Shown in pieces: positions 29,190 to 38,984 of a DNA stretch of 64,000 bases. The translations under genes and the position numbers were made by a program. The stretch is from Spirochaetia bacterium. GTDB lineage: Bacteria; Spirochaetota; Spirochaetia; SZUA-6; Bin103. The stretch's first letter is position 1, and each line of letters starts with the position of its first letter. The notes under the pieces are model-generated. The model was not told the origin of the DNA. It saw nothing but the letters and a program-made list of their open reading frames with translations, and searched no databases. The DNA is taken from positions 3,488,001 through 3,552,000 of the forward strand of contig CBDBDQ010000005.1 of assembly GCA_965203905.1 (NCBI GenBank), given 5' to 3'.

Positions 29190-29271
29190 TCCGCTCCCCT
29201 CATCCGGAGCCACTGGCCAGCACTCGTATCGTGTCCACACACGAGCAACGGCTTCCGGGCCGGTGGCTCCG

Positions 29272-30420
29272 CTAAAGTCCGGCGGGGGCGAGTTCGCCGA
29301 TCGACTGGGCGAGACTATTGGGCCGGCTGCGGCCGGCGGGGCGCGCTGTGCCCGGGTTCGCGGTGGGCGGTAACGGCGTGTCGAACTGGTAGCCCGGGTC
29401 GGTCTTCTGGCGCTTCCAGGTGGTACGCATCTCGCGCCAGGCTTCGCGCAGCGTGCGCGGCCTGGGCATGTCGTCGGCGATCTCGCGGTAGAGCCGGGAC
29501 AGGTTGTAGCAGGGCACGCCCGCGTACATGTGGTGCTCGGTGTGCCAGTTCATGTGCCAGTAGAGGAACTCCGAGAACGGGTCCAGGGTGATCGAGCGCA
29601 CGCACTTGCGGAAGTCGGTCACGTTGTCGCGCAGGCCGGCGTGCATCGGAAACCCGACGAAGTGCGCCCACCAGTTGGCGATGAACGGAAACAGCGACAG
29701 CACGATCGGCAGCACCCACAGCCCGGTTGCGACCGCCACCACGAGGATGGCGCCGTGGAACGCCAGGATCGCGCGTGCCCACCAGATCGCCTTGCGCTTC
29801 TCCTGCGGCTGATCGGCGTACATCGCGATCCACCACTCGCCGCCGACCACGCCGCACGCCGCCTCCACGGTATCGAGCAGGACCGGCAGCAGGCCGCCGG
29901 GGCCGAGATTGCGGCGCGAGCGCCACACGTTGAAGGTGAAGAGCTGCAGCAACAGCAGGAAGCGCAGCGACACGTTGGCCGGCAGCACCGCCTCGCGGTC
30001 GCCCTCGGGGTGCAGCGTGTAGCGGTGGTGGTAGGTGTGGCTCACGGCGTAGTGGAACGGGTTGTCCCAGCTCGGAAGCGCGTACACGTACAGAAACAGC
30101 TTGTTCAGCCACTTGGTGCGGAACACCGTCTTGTGGTTCAGCTCGTGGGTCGCCAGGCCGCGGAAGAAGGTGCCGATGGTGCCGTGCGCGAACAGCGCCA
30201 GCGCGAACCAGAGCCAGAGCTGCTGCGACCAGAACAGGATCACCAGCGCCGCGGTGCAGGCGAACAGGGCGAGGTGTCCGCCGGCCTGGAACCAGCCCTT
30301 GCGGTCGCTACGCCGCATCAGCTCGCGCAGCTTCGCCGGCGCGATCGGGCACCGATACCACTCTACCCGCAGGTCCTTGCGCACATCGGCCAGGGATGGC
30401 CACTGATCGTTCGCCTTCAT
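29272..30420 (-). CDS. Fatty-acid-desaturase-family membrane di-iron oxygenase (MocD-like)
   Basis: His boxes HELNH, HTYHH and HTEHH. Confidence 0.88.
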   Translation of the reverse strand: MKANDQWPSLADVRKDLRVEWYRCPIAPAKLRELMRRSDRKGWFQAGGHLALFACTAALVILFWSQQLWLWFALALFAHGTIGTFFRGLATHELNHKTVFRTKWLNKLFLYVYALPSWDNPFHYAVSHTYHHRYTLHPEGDREAVLPANVSLRFLLLLQLFTFNVWRSRRNLGPGGLLPVLLDTVEAACGVVGGEWWIAMYADQPQEKRKAIWWARAILAFHGAILVVAVATGLWVLPIVLSLFPFIANWWAHFVGFPMHAGLRDNVTDFRKCVRSITLDPFSEFLYWHMNWHTEHHMYAGVPCYNLSRLYREIADDMPRPRTLREAWREMRTTWKRQKTDPGYQFDTPLPPTANPGTARPAGRSRPNSLAQSIGELAPAGL

Positions 30421-30503
30421 GACTGTGCCGCGGATCATATCACCCGCCACCATCGCACGGAAGCAATGACGCCGTGCCCGCCGCGCCCGATGTGCTCGCG
30501 GCG

Positions 30504-31457
30504 TCAGTCGAGGACGCCCGGTGCGCCGATGGCGGCGAGCATGGCGCGGGCCTGGTCGCGGTAGCGGGCCCGAACGTCGCGCGTGGGAGGGCGGCAGCGG
30601 CTCGAAGGCAGGCCCACCAGCTCCATGCACAGCTTGTCGAGGTAGCCGTCGCCGCTGGTGTAGGTCTCCATCTCCTCCCACAGCCGCATGAAGGGCAGCA
30701 CCACGTCGATCAGTTGGCGCTGGGCTTCCACGTAGCGGCACTCGGTCAGCAGGCGCCACATCGTTACCCCCCACTGGGGCCAGAAGTTGCAGATGTGGAC
30801 CTCGATGCCGCGGGCGCCGAGCATGTGGCTGGTGGGGAACCGGAGCTGGTTGTCGATGATGCTGAAGCGTTCGGAGTAGTCGGCCACGATCCCCTCGAAC
30901 GCCATGAACCCGGTCTCGGGCGTCGACCATTTCAGTCCCACCACCGTCCTCAGCCCCGACAGCCGGTCTACCAGGGCGTGCGAGACTTCGGGCGTGCTCC
31001 AATGGGTGTTGTACACCACCAGGCCGACGTCGGACGCGGCAGCGGCGGCGGCGACGTGATCGTAGAAGTCACCGTCGGTGTGTCCGAAATAGAACGGCGG
31101 CGAGATCTGCAGAAAATCGGCGCCGATCGCGGCCGCCTTGCGCGCCAGCTTTACCAACTCCCGGGTGCTGGTGGTCTGGCCGCCCATCACCACCGGGACC
31201 CGCCCGGCGGCCTCGTCCACCACCGCCTCGGTGACAGCCACCCTTTCTTCGAAGGTCATGGTCGAGAAGTCGCCGGCCGCACCGCCGGCGAGCAGCACCC
31301 CGGTGCCGGCCGTGATGCCGCCGTCGATCAGGAAGCGCACGTGGCGCCGCATGGCGTCGAGATCGACGCTTAGCTCCGCATTGTCGCGGAACATGGTGGG
31401 GAGCGTAACGTAGCAGCCCTGCAGCCGACTCTTCAGGTCCAGATCGCCGGTAGACAT
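30504..31457 (-). CDS. Dihydrodipicolinate synthase family aldolase/lyase
   Basis: TIM-barrel pattern with GAAGDF, YN and VVGLK (Schiff-base Lys). Confidence 0.9.
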   Translation of the reverse strand: MSTGDLDLKSRLQGCYVTLPTMFRDNAELSVDLDAMRRHVRFLIDGGITAGTGVLLAGGAAGDFSTMTFEERVAVTEAVVDEAAGRVPVVMGGQTTSTRELVKLARKAAAIGADFLQISPPFYFGHTDGDFYDHVAAAAAASDVGLVVYNTHWSTPEVSHALVDRLSGLRTVVGLKWSTPETGFMAFEGIVADYSERFSIIDNQLRFPTSHMLGARGIEVHICNFWPQWGVTMWRLLTECRYVEAQRQLIDVVLPFMRLWEEMETYTSGDGYLDKLCMELVGLPSSRCRPPTRDVRARYRDQARAMLAAIGAPGVLD

Positions 31458-31713
31458 GCGATGACGATGGCGCACAACCCGCCAAGGGGCAACAGCCGGA
31501 CATCGCCTAACGCAATCGCCGCGACGAGTTGAGTTCCGAACTCGACGCGATCCAGCCCCTCGCCCACGCCGGATGAGCGGCCATGCGCAGCGGGAGGCTG
31601 ACGCACCACTTCGCGGCAGGTACGGTACGAGCATTCGGGCATGAGCCAGTGAACCGTGATAGGGTGGGCCGATGCCACTCTGGAGACAACGGAGCAGGCA
31701 TAGGAGGTAAGGA

Positions 31714-33743
31714 ATGAGACGGACTGGAATCTTCTCGCTGCTGGTCGCGTGCGCGACGCTCCTGCTGCCGGGGGCGACCGTGTGGGCCGGGGCAGCGTCC
31801 GAGCCGGAGGAAGAGGCTTCCGGCACGATGGCCGCCACGGGCATGTACAACGAGGCACCCATGTTGGCCAAGCTGGTCGCCTCCGGGGACCTGCCACCGG
31901 TCGACGACCGGCTGCCGGAGGTGCCCAAGGTGCACCACATGATCGAGAGCGTCGGCAGGTACGGCGGCGAGCTGCGCGCCTTTGCCGTTACCGACAACAT
32001 CTGGGAGAACGACCTGCAGGGCCAGTTCGGCTCCTCCCTGTTCCGCAGGCCGATCGACAATCCCTTCGGAGTCGAGGGCGACCTGGCGGAGGGCTACGCG
32101 TACAACGACGAGCGCACCGTCATGACCATCTTCCTGCGCAAGGGACTGAAATGGTCGGACGGCACCCCCTATACGGCGGAGGACATCCGCTTCATGCTGG
32201 AGGATTACCGCTGGCATTCCGACCTGCGCGGTGGCTCCACCTATTACGGCGTCGACTCGGTGGAGGTGGTCGACGACTTCACGATCCGCCTGCACAGCCC
32301 GGACGGACTGGGTGACATACCGCTGATTCTCTGCGCTTGGCGCGGTGGCTTCCGCATGGTCTTCACTCCGTCGGAGTACATGAAGCAGTTCCACATCGAC
32401 ACAACTCCGACGCCCAGAAGACGGCCGCCGAGAACGGCTTCGACAGTTGGACCGACTACTTCGAGAATCGCATCGCCGACGCTCCACTGCGCAACACGGA
32501 CAAGCCCCAGGTCGAGCCGTGGGAGCTCACCCAGATCACCGACACGATCAAGGTGATGGAGCGCAATCCATATTTCTGGAGGGTGGATCCCGATGGCAAC
32601 CAGCTTCCCTACATCGACCGAGTAGTGATCCAGATCGTCACCCCCGAGGTCTATCAACTGAAGGTCAGCGGCGGCGATGCCTCGATCGCCTACTATCGCA
32701 CCAGCCTCGACAACCTGCCGCTGTACATGGCCGGCACCGACGCCGGCGACTACCGGGTCATCCTCTACCGCAGCCATTCGACCGCGTGGATGAAGTACTT
32801 CACGGTCGGCAGGTTCAACAAGGATCCCGTGATCCGTGAGCTGTTCTCCGACATCGACTTCCGCCACGCGCTCTCGGTGGCGCTCAACCGGGACGAGATC
32901 AACAACGTGATCTACCAGGGACTGGGCGTGCCCGGCGTGGTGGCACCGCTGTCGAGCGTGTCGTTCTACCAGGAAGGATGGCGCACCGACTGGGCCCAGT
33001 ACGATCCGGACCTCGCCAATCAACTGCTCGACAAGGTGAGGCTGGACCAGCGCGACGCGGAAGGCTTTCGGATGCTTCCCGACGGCCGCCCCTTCAACTT
33101 CATCATAGACTACGGCGCCGACCGCTGGACCGCGGAACTGGAGCTGTACGTGGAGCAGTACCGCGAAGTTGGCATTCGCACCATCATTCGGCTCGGCGAT
33201 CCACGCTCGTACAGCGACCGGCGCTGGCAAGGTGAGGGAATGGGCTGGGTCCACAACAACCCGATCGTCCCGCAGGCGGGTGAGCGCCAGTTGATCGAGG
33301 ATTTCTTTACCTGGGACCAGCAATTCGACGCCTGGAAGCTATGGATCCAGTCGCACGCCAACGCGGTTCGCTCGACGCTTCCCGAGGGGGCCATTCTACC
33401 CGCGGGGTGGCAACTGTTGCCGCGCGTTGCCGGCTGGGAATACGTCGGCAGCCGTGGCCGCGCCGCGGAGGAGCCGCCCTTGCATTGGAAGGAGTGGCGG
33501 GCGCTCAAGGACCGCTGGTTGAACATGGAGCACGGCTCGGATGAGTTCATCGAAGCGGGTATCGAGATCTTCAACTACGTGGTGGATGACTTCGGCATCA
33601 TCGGGGCAGTCGGCGAGGTCCCGTCGGTGATCGTGGCCAAGAACGATCTCGGCAACGTCGTTACCGAGGACATCTGGCCCGGCACGGGGGTTGCCGATCT
33701 GCTGATGCAGTCCTGGATGGACCAGCTCTACTGGAAGAAGTAG
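31714..33743 (+). pseudogene. ABC substrate-binding protein family 5 split by a 1-nt deletion near 32400 (pseudogene or sequencing error)
   Basis: ..KQFHID|xNSDAQK.. continues in another frame; the paralog reads KELHIDYNEDADK. Confidence 0.85.
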
Positions 33744-33752
33744 CCGATTCCC
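33743..33752 (+). repeat. Left arm of 10-bp inverted repeat GCCGATTCCC
   Basis: Exact reverse complement at 37368-37377. Confidence 0.7.
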
Positions 33753-33755
33753 AGG

Positions 33756-33799
33756 CAGCGAGGGGAGGGTGGCTCCGTGCGGTTGCCCTCCTCTCGCTG
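33756..33799. terminator. Hairpin between convergent SBP and sulfatase genes
   Basis: CAGCGAGGGGAGGG ... CCCTCCTCTCGCTG. Confidence 0.7.
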
Positions 33800-33800
33800 T

Positions 33801-35150
33801 TCACGGGCCGGTCGCCCGCAGGGCACGGACGTTGTCGAGAAAGGCCGGCGACGGTATCGGGCCCTGCAACAGGGGATCATCGGTGTCCCGCATCCATCTG
33901 AAGAGGGCTCGCGCCAGATCCCGTCTGGTTTCGTCGTACTCCCTGCGCGCGGCGAGGTTGTCCAGCTCCAACGGATCCGACTTCAGGTCGTAGACCTCTT
34001 CCCAGGGGCGGTTCTTCGGATCCGCTTGGCGCATGATGCGGGCGCTGTCCTTGACTCCGAGGATCGTGCGATGCTGTTCGACTCCCTCCGAGTAATACCA
34101 GTCGGGCCGGACACTCTCGAAGTTGCGGATGTACTTGAAGCGGGACGTGCGCACCGATCGCACCGGGTCATAGCTCGTGTGGAACGTCCGTTCGGCAAAG
34201 ATCCGATCCCGTTCCCGGTACTCCCCACCGGTCAGAAGCGGCCAGCAACTTCGCCCCTGCAGACCGTCCTCCGTGCCGCCCCCAACGGCCTCCAGGATGG
34301 TCGGAACGAGGTCCACGTTGCTGATGAGCTGGTCGTGGACCGTTCCCGCCTTCAGCACCGTCGGATAGCGCATCAGCAGCATGATCTCGAGGCCGGCATC
34401 GTACAGGGACGCCTTGGCCCGCGGGTAGGGGATCCCGTGGTCGGTGGTGACGATCAACAGGGTGTTGGTGGCGAGATTGCTGTCGAGGATGGAAAGGATT
34501 CTCCCCAGCCCGGCGTCCCAGTTCCTGATGCTGCCCTGGAACCAGGCAAGATCCTCGCGCAGGGCCTGGGAGGGTTGCAGATAGGGTGGGACGGTCACGC
34601 CAAGGGATCTGTCGGGTTGCGCATCGCCGATGCGAAAGTCGCGATGGGTCTCGGCGGGACAGATCTGGGCATAGAACGGCGTCGAGGAATCGTGGCTGGC
34701 CAGCCAGCGTTCGAAGTCATCCACCAGTTCACGGGCCGGCAGATAGCCGTGGTTGCGATAGTCGAATTCCAGTGCGTCCAGGTGCGCGGGAGGGCTGTCC
34801 CCGCCGGTAGCCTCGTGGGCGAGTCCGAACAGCGCGGTCCGATAGTTGCGTCGCCGCAGGCGGTTTGCGAGGTGGACCGAGTCGGCGTTCAGCGTGAAAC
34901 CGGTGGCCGCCCGTGCCAGCCCGGACAATCCGGCGGCATGGGGATAGCGGCCGGTAAACAGGCTGGAGCGCGAGGCGCTGCAACTGGGAGCCGTGGCGAA
35001 CGCATTCCGAAACAGCACGCCTTCCCGCGCCACTCGTGCCGCGTGGGGCGTGTGCACGGTAGCTGTGCCGTAAGGACCGATGTGCCTGCCGGTGTCATGC
35101 GAGGCATAGATGATGACATTCGGCGGATCGGTGACCGGTGCGCGATTCAC
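33801..35150 (-). CDS. Formylglycine-type sulfatase (sulfamidase-like)
   Basis: PNVI...HD, CSASRSSLFTG (CxAxR variant), TTDHG and YDLKSDPLE..NL. Confidence 0.92.
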   Translation of the reverse strand: MNRAPVTDPPNVIIYASHDTGRHIGPYGTATVHTPHAARVAREGVLFRNAFATAPSCSASRSSLFTGRYPHAAGLSGLARAATGFTLNADSVHLANRLRRRNYRTALFGLAHEATGGDSPPAHLDALEFDYRNHGYLPARELVDDFERWLASHDSSTPFYAQICPAETHRDFRIGDAQPDRSLGVTVPPYLQPSQALREDLAWFQGSIRNWDAGLGRILSILDSNLATNTLLIVTTDHGIPYPRAKASLYDAGLEIMLLMRYPTVLKAGTVHDQLISNVDLVPTILEAVGGGTEDGLQGRSCWPLLTGGEYRERDRIFAERTFHTSYDPVRSVRTSRFKYIRNFESVRPDWYYSEGVEQHRTILGVKDSARIMRQADPKNRPWEEVYDLKSDPLELDNLAARREYDETRRDLARALFRWMRDTDDPLLQGPIPSPAFLDNVRALRATGP

Positions 35151-36283
35151 TTGTAGGGATCCGCCGCATCCCTCAGGCCGTCGCCGAGGAAGTTGAACGC
35201 GAGCACGGTGAGAACCACGAGCAGTGCCGGGATGATGAGCCACGGATACAGCGTGACCGAGCGTATGTTCTGCGCCTGCTGCAGGAGCACTCCCCAGCTC
35301 ACGGCCGGTGCCCGCATCCCGATCCCCAGAAAGCTGAGCGCGGTCTCTCCCAGAATCATCTGCGGTATGGCCAGCGTGATGCTGACGATCAGGTAGCTGG
35401 TGAAGGACGGCAGCAGGTGGCGAACCATGATGCGGCGTTCTCCCGAGCCCGCAATCTTGGCCGCCAGGACGTAGTCCTCTTCTCGGGTCGAAAGCAGCTT
35501 CCCGCGCACCACGCGCGCCAGCCCGGTCCAGCCGAAGATCGAGAGGATTATGGTGATTCCGAAGTACACCTGGACGATCGGCCAGACCGGCGGCAGCGCG
35601 GCGCTCAGCGCCATCCACAGCGGGATCTGCGGGATGTTCTGGAGAAACTCGATGATGCGCTGGATGATCATGTCGGGCGCTCCGCCGAAGTAGCCCGATA
35701 TCCCGCCCAGGAGGCAACCCAGGACGAAACTGATCGCAATACCCACCAGGCCCACGCTCAGCGACACGCGGGTGGCGAACAGAATCCGCGACAGCATGTC
35801 CCTGCCGATGCTCTCGGTACCCAGGAGGTGGATCACTCCGGGCTCGTCCACGCCGAAGAAACGGATGTTGCTGGGAATGAGGCCGAGCAGCTTGTAGTCC
35901 GTTCCCCGGACAAAGAACCGCACCGGGTAGCGCTGTGACCGGTCCTCCGAAAACTCGAGAAAGAACGTGGTGGTGCTGCGTTCGCTGGTGACGCCGTAGA
36001 CGAACGGCCGCTGCAGCTTCCCCTCGTGCCACAGTCTCACCCGCTGCGGCGGAAGATGAACCAGGTCGGTGTGCCGCTCGTAGATGTCGTAGGGCGACCA
36101 AAACTCTGCGAAAACCGCCAGGATCACCAGGAGCGCGATCACCGCGGCGCCGAACCTGGCAAGCCGGTGGCGCCGGAACTTGCGCCACACGAGCTGCCAT
36201 TGGGAGGCAATGAAGTAGGCTTCCTCGGCGGGACGGCCGAGGTCTTCCGAGGTGATGGCGTCAGCGCTCTCCTTCGCGCTCAT
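35147..36283 (-). CDS. ABC transporter permease (DppC-like), paralog of 13035-14165
   Basis: ASQWQLVWRKF and FNFLGDGLRDAADPYK. Confidence 0.94.
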   Translation of the reverse strand: MSAKESADAITSEDLGRPAEEAYFIASQWQLVWRKFRRHRLARFGAAVIALLVILAVFAEFWSPYDIYERHTDLVHLPPQRVRLWHEGKLQRPFVYGVTSERSTTTFFLEFSEDRSQRYPVRFFVRGTDYKLLGLIPSNIRFFGVDEPGVIHLLGTESIGRDMLSRILFATRVSLSVGLVGIAISFVLGCLLGGISGYFGGAPDMIIQRIIEFLQNIPQIPLWMALSAALPPVWPIVQVYFGITIILSIFGWTGLARVVRGKLLSTREEDYVLAAKIAGSGERRIMVRHLLPSFTSYLIVSITLAIPQMILGETALSFLGIGMRAPAVSWGVLLQQAQNIRSVTLYPWLIIPALLVVLTVLAFNFLGDGLRDAADPYK

Positions 36284-37266
36284 TTCTCGAGCCGGATCCT
36301 GGGATCGACGATGGCGAGAAGAATGTCGGAGATCAGCGTGCCGATCACCCCGAGCGTGCTTACCATGAGCACCAGGGCAGCCGCGAGGTGCATGTCCTGG
36401 GCTTGCAGCGCACCGAACAGGAGGGGCCCGACCGTAGGCAGGTTGAGCACGATCGAAGTGATGGTAGACCCCGACACGATCGCGGGCAGGAGGTTGGAGA
36501 CCTGGCTGATGATCGGGTTCAGCGCCATGCGTACCGGATACTTGAAGATCAGGCGCGCTTCGGGGAGACCCTTGGCCTGGGCGGTCACCACGTAGTTCCT
36601 GGAGAGTTCGTCGAGCAGGGAACCGCGGAGGATGCGTATCAAGCCCGCGGTGCCGGCGGTCCCGAGAACTATGAGGGGGATCGGCAGGTGCTTGATCAGG
36701 TCCCAGACCTTGGCGATGCTCCAGGCGGACAACTCGTACTCCACGGAGAACAGACCGCCGACATCCATCCCGAGCGTGATCGAGAAGAACAGCATCAGGA
36801 TCATCGCGAGCAGGAAATTCGGCGTGGCCAGGCCGATGAAGCCGAAGAAGGTCCACAGGTAGTCGCCGACCGAGTACTGGCGGGTGGCCGAGTAGATGCC
36901 GATCGGTATCGCCATGACGTAGGTGAACACCAGGGTGGACATGGAGATGATCACGGTAAGGGTGAGCCGGTCGCCGATCAGTTGCGAGACCGGCCGCTGG
37001 TACTCCATGCTGCGGCCGAAGTCGCCATGCAGGATACGCCACGCCCACCTGAGGTACTGCTGATGGAGCGGCATGTCGAGGCCGTAGCGCCTGGCCAGCA
37101 ACTCGATCAGCTCATCGGTAACCCGCTCGCCGCGCAGCCTCATGTTGTCGATCATGTTGGTCACGTAGTCGCCGGGCGGAAGCTGGATGATCACGAACGC
37201 GACCATCGAAATCGCCACCAGCACGAAGACCATGTACACCACACGCCGAACGATGTAGCTTACCAC
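36280..37266 (-). CDS. ABC transporter permease (DppB-like), paralog of 14166-15161
   Basis: YIVRR, IIQLPPGDY and DPRIR. Confidence 0.94.
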   Translation of the reverse strand: MVSYIVRRVVYMVFVLVAISMVAFVIIQLPPGDYVTNMIDNMRLRGERVTDELIELLARRYGLDMPLHQQYLRWAWRILHGDFGRSMEYQRPVSQLIGDRLTLTVIISMSTLVFTYVMAIPIGIYSATRQYSVGDYLWTFFGFIGLATPNFLLAMILMLFFSITLGMDVGGLFSVEYELSAWSIAKVWDLIKHLPIPLIVLGTAGTAGLIRILRGSLLDELSRNYVVTAQAKGLPEARLIFKYPVRMALNPIISQVSNLLPAIVSGSTITSIVLNLPTVGPLLFGALQAQDMHLAAALVLMVSTLGVIGTLISDILLAIVDPRIRLEK

Positions 37267-37324
37267 GCTGACCTCCCCCCATACTCCAGCAGCGTGTCAG
37301 GTCGGATACGTCGCCGCGCGGGCC

Positions 37325-37358
37325 CGGCCGTCGCAGTCGGTGCCGTGCACGACGGCCG
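37325..37358. repeat. Stem-loop upstream of permease gene
   Basis: CGGCCGTCG-N16-CGACGGCCG. Confidence 0.55.
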
Positions 37359-37367
37359 CCACGACGA

Positions 37368-37377
37368 GGGAATCGGC
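37368..37377 (-). repeat. Right arm of 10-bp inverted repeat (GGGAATCGGC)
   Basis: Exact reverse complement of 33743-33752. Confidence 0.7.
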
Positions 37378-37379
37378 CA

Positions 37380-37408
37380 ATCCTAGGCGCAGCAGCCCCG
37401 ACTTGCAA
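37380..37408 (-). promoter_or_regulatory. Sigma70-type promoter reading into the permease-sulfatase block
   Basis: TTGCAA-17 nt-TAGGAT on the minus strand. Confidence 0.6.
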
Positions 37409-37465
37409 GCGCGGCGATCACCCGCGACCGGCTCCCGCTGAAGCGCTGCCCAGGAGTTTCCGCAC

Positions 37466-38977
37466 ATGATCCAGGACCACCATCGCCCGATCTATCACCA
37501 CCTGCCGGTAGAGGGACTGCTGTGGGATCCGTGCGCGGCCGTGTTCCGCGACGGCCGCTACCACCTGTTCTACCTGCACGACTCGTGGGCCGCGGCGGGA
37601 CCGTCGAAGCGTTCCGACGGCTACAACTACAAGGCGTGGGCGCACGTCTCCAGCGCCGACCTGGTGCACTGGCAGCGCCATCCCGATGCGATCGCCCGCG
37701 GCCAGACCGGCAACCTGTTCGACTGGAACGGCACCCCGGCGATCGTGTTTCCCCACCCGGACGGCGGCGCCAGTTGCTTCGCCAGCAACCCCGAGGGTGA
37801 CTTGGAGCGGTGGCGGTTCGACCCGGCGAGCGCGGTGCTGCGCCATCCGCTGCAGGGCAACTCCCTCTACCCGGGCAGCAACGACGTCACCGCCTGGCAG
37901 GAGGGGGAGTGGTGCTACGTGCTCACCGGCACCCGCGACCAGCGCCACGGCGGCGATGCGCAGCACCTGTTCCGCAGCCGGAACCCGCTGGCGCCGGGGG
38001 CCCGCCACCACGACACCGCGGCGTGGGAGTACGTGCACCAATTCTACCGCTCGCGGCGCGAGTGGACCGACGCCGGGGACGACTGCGCCTGCCCCGAGTT
38101 CTTCCGCATCGGCAGCGGGGAGGCGGCGAAGTGGATGCTGCTGCACTTCTGCCACAACGCGCCGGGCGGCAGCCGCTACTACCTCGGCAGCTACCGCGAC
38201 CGCCGCTTCCACCCGGAGAGCTTCGACCGCATCAACTGGCCTGGCGGCAACCTGCACGCGCCGCGGGCGCTGCTCGACGGGCAGGGCCGCCACGTCATGT
38301 TCGCCAACCTCAACGAGCGCCGGCCGCCCGACGAACTGGTGGCCGCCGGCTGGAGCGGCTGCATGAGCCTGCCGGTGGCGCTGACGCTGGATCCCGACGG
38401 CCGGCGGGTGCGCTTCGCTCCGGTCGCCGAGCTACAGGCGCTGCGGCACGAGCCGCGCGAGTGGTCGGACGTGGCGCTGGCGGCCGGTGCGGGCAGTGGT
38501 GCCGGCGTGACCGAGGCGGAGGTGGCGCTCCCGGAGGCCAGCGGCGACGCGCTGGAGATCGAGCTGCAGATCGCGGCCGGCAGCGCCGCCGCCTGCGGGC
38601 TCAAGGTGCGCTGTTCCCCGGACGGCACCGAGGAAACCGCCATCGTGCTCAACGCCGCCGAGCGCGCGCTCGAGATCGAGTTCGGCAAGGCGAGTCTGCG
38701 CGACGACCTCGCCTTCGCCCGCTGGGACGCAAAGCTGGAACGTCCGGTACAGAGCGCGCCGCTGGAGTTCGACCCCGCGCAGCCGGTGACGTTGCGCGTG
38801 TTCGTCGACCACTCGGTGGTGGAGGTGTTCGCGGGCGCGGGCGGTCTCCAGTTCGAGCGCTACCTCGCACAGCGCATCTATCCCACCCGTCCCGACGCGC
38901 TGGCGGTAAAACTGTTCAGCCGCGGCGGCAGCTCCCTGGCGCGCCGCCTGCGCACCTGGCAGATGCACGCCATCTGA
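37466..38977 (+). CDS. GH32-family glycosidase-like protein (non-canonical active site)
   Basis: LWDPCA, YHLFY, WAHVSSADLVHW, NDV, DDCACPE and FVDHSVVEVF. Confidence 0.88.
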   Translation: MIQDHHRPIYHHLPVEGLLWDPCAAVFRDGRYHLFYLHDSWAAAGPSKRSDGYNYKAWAHVSSADLVHWQRHPDAIARGQTGNLFDWNGTPAIVFPHPDGGASCFASNPEGDLERWRFDPASAVLRHPLQGNSLYPGSNDVTAWQEGEWCYVLTGTRDQRHGGDAQHLFRSRNPLAPGARHHDTAAWEYVHQFYRSRREWTDAGDDCACPEFFRIGSGEAAKWMLLHFCHNAPGGSRYYLGSYRDRRFHPESFDRINWPGGNLHAPRALLDGQGRHVMFANLNERRPPDELVAAGWSGCMSLPVALTLDPDGRRVRFAPVAELQALRHEPREWSDVALAAGAGSGAGVTEAEVALPEASGDALEIELQIAAGSAAACGLKVRCSPDGTEETAIVLNAAERALEIEFGKASLRDDLAFARWDAKLERPVQSAPLEFDPAQPVTLRVFVDHSVVEVFAGAGGLQFERYLAQRIYPTRPDALAVKLFSRGGSSLARRLRTWQMHAI

Positions 38978-38984
38978 CCGGGTC

